A program made the position numbers and the translations under genes. A model generated the notes under the pieces. The model was not told the DNA's origin, made no database searches, and was given only the letters and a program-made list of their open reading frames with translations. A stretch of DNA of 38,256 bases from Macrostomum lignano. Taxonomy: Eukaryota. The stretch covers positions 1 through 38,256 of the forward strand of contig NIVC01004682.1 in the NCBI GenBank assembly GCA_002269645.1, read 5' to 3'. Below, one piece after another: positions 10,937 through 23,046 of the stretch (the stretch's first letter is position 1; the number at the start of each line of letters is the position of its first letter).

Positions 10937-13900
10937 CAAGTAAATACCTAGTTTGCACTTAAGCATAATATTTTGATTGTGATTTATCTAGGGCCTCAAT
11001 GAGCATTAGGCGATGAGCATTTAGCCATGCATAATTGAAAATAAGTTTAAATCACAACATTTTATATAGACATAAGACAACTATTATAGGCCTAGCTAGG
11101 CCTTGGCTTAATATTAGACCTAGGTCCTAGGCCAGGGCTAGGCAAGGGCTAGGCCTAATAATGGGCAATATTAATAATGGGCAATATTAATAAATATTAA
11201 TTAGATATTAAGCTGCAACTTAAATATAAGTATTTATTGTTTATTAATAATTATTAAATAATTTGTGTATTTTCTAAGTTAAAAGGGTAAATAAGTCCAT
11301 AGTCTCACTCTTAATACACTAGACACCTAGAAATGGAATGGCAACTTGCAAGGCGCCAGCTATTTCTGTCATTCTGATTCCACATTATTTAAGATGCTGC
11401 TTAAGCGGCTCAATATAAAATTTTATTTATGCTAAATTCATATTATTACATTATCAATTAAGAATTTAATTAGGCCCTATATAAATAGACTAAGGGCAGG
11501 CCGACTAAGGTACTTAGTACTAAGGACACAAAGGGCCTTTTCATATTGCTTCTGGTTCCTAAACCAGAACCAATTTGTGAAGTATAACTGTTTGTCTCCA
11601 TAACTTAACTAGAGGGAGATAAATGCTATAAAGTTTTTATTATTGAATGACAATCGCCAGGAAGAAAAAGAAAAATTGTGCTAAGTGAGGTTGTTAAGGC
11701 AGTCAAACATTCAACAGAATTAAATACTTCTACTGCTGTTTTTTTGGAAGATCCGAACCGATTCTGGTTCTGGAATTGGTTATATGAAAAGCCTTAAAGT
11801 GCCGACGATGATTTTTATAGGCCCTAATCGGGACGGACGACTAAAAAGTAGTAGTAGAATTAATTGTCTGAAAAATACACGAAGAGTCAAAATCACGTGC
11901 AAACAACTTAATATAATTTTTATAAATTTTAAATTACTTTACTGCATAAAGCAAGTAGTCAAGTTATACTCTAGGCTATGCTAAAAATGCATAGTATTTT
12001 GTTATAAACAATTTTACTTTTATTGCACAGTTTTAAATAAAAAAATCTGAATAGAATTTGAAATTAAAAAGTTTTCCATGTTGGTCCATACGTCGGTCCA
12101 TGGATATTAATATTGTTGAATATATGTAGTTGGCTTTAATTTGCGTAGACAAAGGAAAACTAGAAAACTTCAATGATCAAATTTGTTTTTTTACTAAACT
12201 CGCAGTTCCTTTAAACTGAGTTTGACCAAACTTGAAGACGATGATGACTGATGGTTACGAGTACAGCATCAAAAAGGGGCCACGGAGAACATGGCGGATG
12301 TTCAGACTCGGTCCTGGAAAATGCAGCTGATTGAATGTCTGAATGAGATGCTGTAGATTTCCATCAAACGGGTTCGAATAGATAAGATAATAAATATTCG
12401 CAGGATGGTTCTACATGTTGGACAAAAATTTGCTGATTAATTGCCATTCTGGCGATTCTGAGGCAAGCACGCGGATACATGCACTCATGCACACGCTCAC
12501 ACATGGCGTACATTGGCCCTGACTTTCTACTCACACTCTTTCTCCTACACACTATATCTGTGACATGGTAACTTGATCTGATGGGTGTGAATCGAACAAG
12601 CCTCTAAAAATGTACTTTGGCTGAACTCCAGACCCCAAAACCCTTTACACCGTGCGACCTTTCAGACGGACGCTTGACGACGGAACTTTATTTATAAATT
12701 TGGAACAAGCTTGCAAAAAATGCCTCTTTTAGATATCAAGCACCGAAAGCGGCGCTAAATCATAACTAACTAAATGCAAATAGTTTAAGTGAGAAGCAAA
12801 ACCGTCAAATCTGATGTTTTCATAAAAAAATATGTTATTGATCCCAAAAGAATTAGTGTAGGCTAAGAAGAAAGCTTGCACACACTACTTGCATACGCAT
12901 GCATCAGAAAATTTTATTTATCAAAAAACCGCGTTGAGTCTAGCCACTAGGTACTAGGTACAGGATCTATAGCCTTTGAAAATTACTCGTATGGGGAGAA
13001 GTGGCTTTAGATTAAAGCCTGGGTGTCCAATTTGAAGCGCATGCTTGTCTATTAGTTTCAAAATGAGGTAGAGATGTCCATCGTGATGTCCATATGGTCT
13101 TATAATCTACTTTTATGTATAGGATTTCAACCTTGATTGTTTGTGGTCTAGCTTAGTGTGAAGAAAAACAATTTGTATTCAACGCAACAGCAGAAAGCTC
13201 TGTCTATGGAGTCTGCGGTCTTTAAAAGCTAGCCCGCAATACGCTCATATACTCAGATTTGGTAGGCAGCATCGCAAAACCAGCCCGGTCTACAATATAG
13301 ACGAAACTAGGGGTACCATTCGATTAATGTCCCCCTAGTGTCTGTGATGATAGATACAGCTTTCTGAGCTTACAGCTGCGCAGTGGTCTGGGTCTGTTCA
13401 TGACTCGAAGATTTTCCGCAACAGTGTTTTGTAAGCTTCTATTCAAATGCACCAGACGTAACACGTACATGTATATGCATACCGATTTTAAGACCATAGA
13501 CAGCAAATACCCAGTCTCGATTACAGATTCTACATGTATATTATCTGAGATGTGCCATTCCAGCCGCCTGGCGCGAAAACCCCGGGGTTAAGACCATAAA
13601 CTAAAGCTTCTGCTTCTCTCAAGCATTAGCAGTACCCCTAGTGTCTGTGGCCCAATCACCGGCGGGGTTTTCGGGGCCTCAGTGGCAGCCTATAAATACA
13701 TTAGCGAAAGATGGAGGGACACATCTAGATTATATAGAATCTGCCGTCTGGACTACCTACGACCCTTTACGCATTTTTTAAGTGAGCCTGCTACTAGATT
13801 TAAGAGTAGTGCCATAGCCCATAGGCATTTATTCATTCAATGCTGAGTGGCCCGTCTTGTTGCTATGCATACTCATTGTTCAAACCAGCTGGAGCGCTAG

Positions 13901-14295
13901 CTACAGTTCACCCCAGTCGGACCTTGGGCAGAGCTTTGAAAAAGCTAAAAGCAGCATATCGATTTTAGAGATGTCACTTTTACAACAGTAAAAATCGCGT
14001 AATCGCGTAAATATCTCCCATCAGGCCGTTGACGATGGGGTTTTACCTTTATTCTGCGTATCTTCGCAATGTCAGTAAAATCTTTGCATTGTTGCATAGA
14101 AACTGAAGCTTTGATAAAAACAGGCATTTAAAAACGTCCATTAGTTGCAGTTCGATCGATAACGTTCGCTTTATACTTAAACAACTATTTATGACATTTT
14201 TTGCATAAAAAAGCACCCTGGAGACTAACCTACCCCAAGACTAAGCAGGCCGAAATCACGAGGTCTCACTTCTTCAACTCTAAGAGTTACTGCCG

Positions 14296-15328
14296 ATGGA
14301 TTCTATCGAAATCAAGCATATCATCTGTGTTCTGATTCTTTCAATCCAGTACTTTGAAATCCACGCCGGGTCGTCCGAAAGAAAGTGGAGCTCAAGCCGC
14401 GACAGCTTCTTTGACTATGAGGCCTTGAGGTCGCTGAAAGTTTCTTCTGAAATCCAGTGCACTGCCGCTGCCAGAAGTGACTCCGCTGTGCAGCTGGTGG
14501 CGTTCAACGCCAGCTCCGGCCTGTGCGCTCACTTCAGGTGTCGCCTGGACCTGAGACACTGCAGGAAGTGCCGCAATGCGAACAAGGGAGCTCAGCGAGT
14601 GTGGGTGAGTCCTGTGTCAGCAGAATTTGCATTAACATAGTCTGAATTGGCACTTTTCCAAAAAATCTTTTTACATTGCAGACAGCCGGCAGTGACTGCT
14701 GCATCACCGTGCAGCACAGGGTGTCCGGCTCAGTGGACTTTTACCGCGGCTGGACTCAGTACCAGAGCGAGTTCGGCGAGGGACCCGACGGAAACTACTG
14801 GATCGGTAGCTTTGAACTTAAAAAAAATATAAATTTACATGCTACATTACATGCCTTTGTTTAGCTAGTATTCCGCTTCGTGTTAATCTTCACATTTCCA
14901 TCTCAGGCCTGAACTCTCTCCACGATCTCACTGCTTCTGGTCCTCGGAAGCTGAGGATTCTGATGAAGGCGTGGAACGACTCTGAGCACTGGGCTGAGTA
15001 CTCCAGCTTCTCCGTGGGTCCCGAGTCTGACAACTACCGGCTGAGCGTGTCCGGCTTCTCCGGCAGCGCCGGCATCGGCGACTCGCTGGCCAGAAGCAAC
15101 GACTTCCAGTTCACCACCAAGGACGCCGACCACGACGTTCACTCCGACAACTGCGGCTCGCGCTACTTCGGAGCCTGGTGGTTCGCTGACTGCCACAACA
15201 CGCACCCGAATGGACAGTACCGCGATTTCTCGTCAGCCATTGATGGCCCGAGGGCCCAGGGTATAATCTGGAAGTCGCCGTTCGGTCCGTACTACTCGCT
15301 AAAAGAGATCGAAATGCTTGTTCTCTAA
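14296..15328 (+). CDS. Secreted PAN/Apple-like + fibrinogen C-terminal domain protein, copy A (284 aa)
   Basis: Exons 14296-14604, 14682-14805, 14907-15328 (855 nt, in frame, GT-AG). Hydrophobic leader; FReD motifs [51 protein letters not shown]. Confidence 0.9.
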
Positions 15329-17132
15329 AGAAACAGATCTGCTGTTGCTTGTTCTATGAGACTATGATAAACAATGAATCGGTAATGGTTAAATAAGGCT
15401 ATTACTATTTGAATGGAACTTGACTAAATTTGGTAGTAAGTGTTTTATTGTTAGTTGGCTTCAAAATTATAGAGTAAGAAGATTATTTTCCTTCCCTCTA
15501 ACACACTCGTATAGCCTAAATTCTGAAGGCTTCAACTTGATGAGAGGCTTGCCGGGCCTGAAAGCATACAGATCAATCACATAATACTCTGGCCTCCCAC
15601 TCCTGTCAGATGATCAGTGTTTCGGAGGTAGACTATTAATGTATTGATTTTCCTTGCATTGCGTGATTTAATGTACGTGCTTTATTCAGTTCGCTATGTA
15701 CGCTGATTTAGCGCAGGCCAATCTCACCCGACCCCCTCCACGCTGGCTGATTCTGACTGACTGCAATAAATATATATGTATCATCGAGAGGGCTTATTAG
15801 CCCTGTGTACGGTTTACGTTTTAATATCGTCTCGCTTGAGCCTCAGCTCCAAATAGTTTTGGCGGACCATCGGCCTTTTCATTTCTACAGTACAATCCAT
15901 CTCAAGGTAGCATAGATGCGGCGAGCATCTGGGTTTTATAGCTCAGAGAGGACAGCGAGAGACAAACAGGGAGAATCTGTAAAGGTATAAATAAGCTAAT
16001 TTGGAGATTAGGCTAATCCACAAGCCTGTGCGAACTGGCTCACCAAACCAGCTGTCTCGAAATCGCGTTTCCGACTAGAAAGAGGCTCAGCACTTACCTG
16101 CCAACTAGTCCTTAATCGATCAAAGTATTGACCCCGACAGCATAAATGGAGCGCGCTTAAAACCAACAGCAATCACAGGTCTTCTGTACACCTCTATATC
16201 CTCGTCCGTTCATTAAACTCGAACCAATGCAGCCTGCACATTGCCGAATCGAACCCATGGAACATCAGCGCGACATAACGCTACTCTGCCTCTTAGCTGC
16301 AGGGCTGTCCCGGAAGGGACACAACGGGAAGGCGCGGGGGGTACTCAGCACAGGCCGTGGAACAAATGCGAGCCTTCATCCAAGAATTCCAGCGGCTGTT
16401 AAAGACTCTACACTACCCCTGCGTTCATGTCACTAATGAGCTTTGGGATCTCTTTGGGAAAATTGTAGTTTTTTCTTGACATTGCCGCACTAAGTTCATC
16501 ATGCATCCCAATGTTTCAACTACGAAGTATGATGGATGCTGAGAAAGAGCACATGGAAGCTCTTGAAAGTACCTCGTTGTATTTTTGAGGTAATTCAACA
16601 GCATCGCGTGCAGCCACTCTGCTTGTGCCGTTAAAAATTTATGCGCAATTGCCAATTAGCCACTGCCGCAGAATTTCGGTGCTTCTGTGGCAGTAAAAAA
16701 CTGAGTGAGTTTCAAATGACAGTTTCTTTAGCTTTTCTATACCCAAAGTCTACCTTAATGGGCTCTAGCTAAAGCCTCCTAACCCTGCATCTTCCAGCAG
16801 CATCACCTCCGTCAAAAAAGACCACGCATCTGTCTGCTTGGGGCGGGAAAGTTATAAAACTAATGAGGCCCTGCGAGGAAGCCACCCTGACACATGGGAA
16901 GCTTAATCGGAACCTGCTATAAGCCTACTACGTAAGCAAAGAGTTTTCATAAAACGTAAGTTGTGCCAAGACAAAGGCTTTTCATTCATTTGGTGAAGTA
17001 GCTGAGGCATCATAATCCCAGCCCCGATACTGAGTAACGTTAGTGCACTGTTACTTAATACTTACGGCTTTCTGATTCTTATTCTGCATGCCACTGTCTC
17101 GCCAAAATTCAGACAAAGATACAATATCTCCA

Positions 17133-18153
17133 ATGAACTACTTGACTTGCTTACTGCTGCTGGCTGCAGAAACTTCGCTGACATTCAGCGATGCTTTGTT
17201 GACAAGCTGGTGGTCAAGCCGTGACCGCCTCTCTAACTATGAGTCACTAAGGTCGGTCACGGCTCAGTCCAAGATCCAATGTACTGGTACTGCAAGCCAC
17301 GACTCTGCAGTGCAGCTGGTGGCATTCAACTCCAGCTCTCGCCAGTGCACTCACTACCGATGCCTGAGCAGCTTCAGGAAGTGCCGCGATGTAAACAGTG
17401 GGGCTGAAATAGTGTGGCTGAATCGAAATGTAAGTCTTCTCACTGTGCCCTCGTATGGAGTCAAATTTTAATTTTGACTTTTATAGTTTTTCCCCTTTCA
17501 GACCATCAGCAGTGACTGCTGGACCACCGTGCAGCACAGGGTGTCCGGCTCAGTGGACTTTTACCGCGGCTGGACTCAGTACCAGAGCGAGTTCGGCGAG
17601 GGACCCGACGGAAACTACTGGATAGGTAACCATTTGTATGGTTCTATAAGATTTTTATTGGCATTGCTTCTTTGTCTGCAATTTTTAGCTAAGTGACATC
17701 ATAATGATTTTATTTATCTTTCTCAATGTAGGTCTAAACACTCTTCACGATCTCACTGCTTCTGGTCCTCGGAAGCTGAGGATTCTGATGAAGGCCTGGA
17801 ACGACTCTGAGCACTGGGCTGAGTACTCCAGCTTCTCCGTGGGTCCCGAATCTGACAACTACCGGCTGAGCGTGTCCGGCTTCTCCGGCAGCGCCGGCAT
17901 CGGCGACTCGCTGGCCAGAAGCAACGACTTCCAGTTCACCACCAAGGACGCCGACCACGACGTTCACTCCGACAACTGCGGCTCGCGCTACTTCGGAGCC
18001 TGGTGGTTCGCTGACTGCCACAACACGCACCCGAACGGACAGTACCGCGATTTCTCGTCAGCCATTGGTGGCCCGCGCGCTCAAGGTGTGATCTGGAAGT
18101 CGCCGTTCGGTCCGTACTACTCGCTAAAAGAGATCGAAATGCTCATCCTTTGA
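17133..18153 (+). CDS. Secreted PAN/Apple-like + fibrinogen C-terminal domain protein, copy B (280 aa)
   Basis: Exons 17133-17429, 17502-17625, 17732-18153 (843 nt, in frame); leader [19 protein letters not shown]; an alternative ATG lies at 17088. Confidence 0.88.
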
Positions 18154-18853
18154 GGCAACAAAGTTTGCAAAAGTTAATTCTGTCGATGTTAATCTTTATC
18201 CAAGAGAGACTTTATGGACTTATAAATATTCGTGTCAAGTTTTTTTCACTTACAGTTTACTTATTGGATTATATTTTGTAGACGTCATCGTCAAACTCAG
18301 AGCAGAGCACGTAATCAGGTTTTACACAGGTCTGTCGATGAGGTTTATCCAGTACTACGCACAATGAGTGCCTGATTTTCAGTTTCTCCTTTCTGACTGG
18401 GTTTTGTCATTTGCTTGCTCGACTGTTTCTTGGAAATCCTCCAGTGGGATTACGCACGTAGCTACGCGATCTTCAACCAAAACTAGAATCTATCCTTTTG
18501 TTTATTGCATATTGCCGGTAAATAAACTGGCTTTTTCCTCTCCATCGTTACACGCAATTACAAACTCGACAAGTTTAGCTGTCCAACACCTGTTAAGACG
18601 ATAAAGTCAAGTCTCAGACTCTTGAATGTTCATTCATTTGCATTCAGACATGCTGCTCAAGTAGAAAATTCTCGCAAATTCGTTACCGATTTGACGTGAC
18701 ACACTTGAACGTGGGGTTTTATATTATTTGAGTTGCATTTCGAAGGTTCAGTTGTGTTGGTAGTTCAATGCACAGTAGTCTCAGTCAAATACTCAGTCAA
18801 GCAGATCTTGTGTGTCTGGATAACAATGTATAAAAATATAGACTAGGGGAGTA

Positions 18854-19543
18854 GAATGCATGAGGGGGCTTCTGGGACAAAATTTTTCACGTCCTCCATA
18901 ATCCCATTAAATCCATCCATATTATCCCCGACAGAATCAGAAAAAAGGGGGGTCGCACTTGCTCCCCCTTTCGAGGATTATGTTCGAAGTTCGAAGTTCG
19001 AAAACTTCGAACATAATCCTAAATCCATCCATATTATCCCTGACAGAATCAGAAAAAAACGGGGGGGGGGTCGCACTCGCTCACAAAACGTCCTCCATAA
19101 TCCCATTAAATCCATCCATATTGTTCCCGACAGAATCAGAGCACAACAGGTGTCCTACTTGCTCCGAAAACTTCGAACATAATCCCATTAAATCCATCCA
19201 TATTATCCCTGAATCAGAGCATAACAGGTGTCCTACTCGCTCACAAAACGTCATCTATAATCCTCCTAACTAATCCTCCTTCCTCCATGACAGAATCAGA
19301 GCATAACAGGTGTCCTACATAATCCACTGACATCCACCCATAGCATCTTCGAAACAATCAGAAAATAATCTGCATTCTTCTCCCCACATTCAATCCGCAA
19401 CGTGCTACCACATCCCTAAAACTTTAAATCCCCTAACCCAGGGTCCTTACCCTTTGAAAAAAAATTTCATAATAATATGGATGGATTTAATGGGATTATG
19501 GAGGACGTGAAAAATTTTGTCCCAGAAGCCCCCTCATGCATTC
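18854..19543. mobile_element. Non-autonomous DNA transposon (MITE/foldback-like) with perfect long TIRs and internal ~80-bp subrepeats
   Basis: 18850-18925 is the exact reverse complement of 19472-19547. Simplest reading is a TA TSD (18852-53, 19544-45) in an AGTACT site. No transposase ORF. Confidence 0.85.
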
Positions 19544-21141
19544 TACTTAGAGGCTAGGGCTTGGCATTATTGAGCAGTTGCAGGGTTCATTGAAAGCTCG
19601 CTGAGCTGGACGTCCTCTGTTGCACGGTGTTACAACAGTCTGCCATCCATTTTCTCGAGGCTGCTTGAGCAACAAGCCAACAACAAGCAAACCAAAATAC
19701 ATCAGACAGCTGTTTTGAGATCTTAAAAGGGAACATAATTAACGAAAGACAGTGTTACAAGGCGCGACTTTGAGCCGAGGCGTGAACATATGTAGCGTGG
19801 ACAACAGATTCTGGGGCGCCAGGGTCTCAGAGAAACGCCGAGTACACGTGTAGTTCTAAGAGTTTTAAAGGAATTTTCATACTGATCGTTGCATTTAATA
19901 CGAGGCCGGGGCTGTCGTGCGGTTCACTCACTCATGTGGGCCAAGCCCTAAAAGCACAGAGAGTGTGCATGCTTGATGATTAGTAAGTCAAGGTTGCTGT
20001 ACAGCCTGTGTGAGCGCATATGAGTGCCGTGCCTGCGTGCAGTATTGGCGCGCTTGTGCGAGCTCAGGTGAGCGGAATGGCCAGAACTGCCTATGGGTAA
20101 AATTGTCGCTGAAAGCGCTGTGCCAGCGTGTTCACATTATTATTGTTTCATTATGCTATTACTAATGCTGAAGTCACTTCATTCTTAACCGTGAAATAAT
20201 TTAAATTTAATCTTCTGTCATATAGAAACAGAGACTGATCGGTGAGCAAAAATCTGTGAGCAGCTTGCTTCCATTTTCCGCATGTCAATACTGCATGAAA
20301 TATTGCATGCATAATGAGAAAGCCGAGGAGAGAGAGAAGAGGGACCGGGGTGGGGTGTACCACAGAGGCCTCGCTAGTGGCCACGTTACCATGGTTTTGT
20401 CAAACAGCCATGAGACTCCGCTCTGAGCGGCCGTTAGCAGCTGGGCTACATGACTCACTCCTCCGGATATGAGACAGTGCAGTGTTTAAGCAGGAGAGAC
20501 GGCTTCCAACAGCTCCGATCGATCCCACTCCGTAGCGCCGAACCTCCGTTTCTCTATCTCGCCCCCCCCCCCCTGTTGCCCTAGTGCATCGTTACAAGAG
20601 CTGTAAACTTCCTGGTTGCAAGACTGCACCAACCCATCAACTTCTACAGCAAAAAGCCTTGGAAAAACCGAATCCGCCATTCCACGTTAACATTAGCCTT
20701 AACTCAAAGCTATTACCAACGCATCGCATGGTTCTGTTGTGGACTGTCTTGTAGATCCGGTCTAATGGTGTTGTATTGACACAGAATTCAAACCTAAAAT
20801 AGACACATGTCATGTTTCCTATAGCATAAAATCCCTCCTCATATAGTATGGGTGAAATTGTATTTTTGTTGACTAAAAATCAAACTGAATCCTGTCGCTA
20901 GTGAAACTGAGCTGAAAGAATTGATGCAGACAGTTGGACTTGGAGGCTGAACAAATAAAGAAATCGCTAGTTAAGGGATAAATTAAGACAGGAAAAACGC
21001 CAGATCACCTCGACCCTACCTGACTTCGAAATCATCAGAACCTTTCCGTTGCGGAGCCACTGGGCTGAGACACAGCTGCAGACCGACTATTTTACATAAA
21101 TCGATACAGCTCGAAAAATCGAAGACCAATAAATTATCTCT

Positions 21142-22151
21142 ATGTGCTCGACAAACGGATTTAAATGGATGATCATGCTGTTCGCAGCTCTAAATCCCCG
21201 CGTGGCCCGAGTTGTCTCAGCTGAGAGAACTTGGCGGCTGAGTCGAGACGGCCTTGCCGAATATGAGGCTGCTTCTTCGTTTTGGGCACGGAGCGACATC
21301 AGCTGCATGGCGACTGCGGACTCGGACCCCGCTGTGCAGCTGGTGGCGTTCAACGCCAGCTCCGGCCTGTGCGCTCACTTCAGGTGTCGCCTGGGCCTGA
21401 GACACTGCAGGAAGGGCCGCAATGTGAACAAAGGAGATCATCAAGTGTGGGTGAGTCCTGTGTTTAGCAGCTTTTGCATCCCCATAGTCTGAATTGGTAC
21501 TTTTGCAAAAACTTTTTAGATTGCAGACAGCCGGCAGTGACTGCTGGACCACCGTGCAGCACAGGGTGTCCGGCTCAGTGGACTTTTACCGCAACTGGAC
21601 TCAGTACCAGAGCGAGTTCGGCGAGGGACCCGACGGAAACTACTGGATCGGTGGGGTTGAATGCTGTTTAATATTCTGTAATTAAATTTGGATAATTGGA
21701 ACTATGTTCAACTTTTCAACTTCCCAGGCCTGAACACTCTTCACAAGCTCACTTTATCTGGTCCTCGAAACTGGTCATTTTAATGACCGCCTGGAACGAC
21801 TCTGAGCACTGGGCTGAGTACTCCAGCTTCTCCGTGGGTCCCGAGTCCGACAACTACCGGCTGAGCGTGTCCGGCTTCTCCGGCAGCGCCGGCATCGGCG
21901 ACTCGCTGGCCAGAAGCAACGACTTCCAGTTCACCACCAAGGACGCTGATAATGACGTTCAGGCTACCTACAATTGCGCCGAGAGGTTCGTCAGTGCCTG
22001 GTGGTTCTCCAACTGTTTTGACACCAACCCGAACGGAGAGTACAAGGACTCCGCTTCAGCCATTGGTGGTGCACCTAATCTGGGAATTCTTTGGAAATAT
22101 CCCTTCGACAGAGAATACTCATTGAAAAAGTTTGAAATGCTGATCTTTTAG
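21142..22151 (+). pseudogene. PAN-like + fibrinogen C-terminal domain gene, copy C, with a 1-nt deletion early in exon 3 (pseudogene or consensus error)
   Basis: Exons 21142-21450, 21527-21650, 21728-22151. CGAAACTG at 21766-73 lacks one A relative to the R-K-L of the paralogs, giving TAA at 21781-83; the downstream frame is otherwise intact. Confidence 0.75.
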
Positions 22152-22737
22152 ATACTGTGGGTGATTTTGGAAAATGTATCAATGAGGACCAGTGATTATC
22201 ATCTATTTAATTACTTATTTACTTTTTTGAGCGAAATGATGGCTCTTGAGCGAAGAAATAACATCAGAAATATGCTTACATTCTTAAATGTAATCTTTAA
22301 ATTGGATGTAAACCTGTTTTCTGTCTGCACTCTCAATCTATCTATTATAAATAAAATCTGAAGTTGTAAAACGTGAGTTTAAAAAAATCTTTTAAACTTG
22401 TAACTGTTTCTTTGATAAGAATGAAATTTTTGTTAAGATTTTTTGTTCTCTCAAGACGTTTGAAAGTGCACACTTAAATAAAGTGGTAAGATCACATAAA
22501 AGGTTGACTTTTGCTGATCTACTATAAGAATCTAAAGTGGATAATATCTTATCTTATCTATCTATCTTCTTGAAGTTTTTTTAAGGTTTCAGAGATAATG
22601 CGCGTTCATCCTGCAGTCCCTTGAAACAAAAGTTGAAGTTCATATCCATCTTTCCCCCAAAATAATGACCAGCAACTATTTAACATATTTAACTTAAGCT
22701 TCGGAAGTGCTCTGTGAGGAAGCCCAAAAGTATGTTG

Positions 22738-23046
22738 ATGTGGATTGCTGTGGATTTCTGTGGATTGCTGTGGATTTCTGTGAATTGCTGTGGATTTCTG
22801 TGAATTGCTGTGGATTTCTGTAGATTGCTGTGGATTTCTGTGGATTACTTTGGATTGCTGTGGATTGCTGCGATAGCTGTGGATTTTTGTGGATTTCTGT
22901 GGATTGCTGTGGATTGCTGTGGATTTCTTTGGATTTCTTTGGATTGCTGTGGATTGCTGTGGATTGCTGTAGATTGCTGTAGATTGCTGTAGATTGCTGT
23001 GGATTGCTGTGGATTGCTGTGGATTGCTGTGGATTGCTGTAGATTG
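22738..23046. repeat. 10-bp satellite (TGTGGATTGC / TGTGGATTTC), about 30 copies
   Basis: Directly visible; source of the QSTAIHSNPQ repeat ORFs. Confidence 0.96.

Noticed and set aside
12240-13600. Short ORFs as the missing MED1 first exon; GGCGCGAAA as an E2F promoter site
   Set aside because: No similarity to the MED1 N-terminus; a single short motif is expected by chance.
15525-15570. TTGATGA...CTGAAAG as a C/D snoRNA, SECIS or hammerhead
   Set aside because: Stem register does not fit the hammerhead core, there is no terminal stem or suitable spacing for a snoRNA, and no in-frame UGA in gene A.
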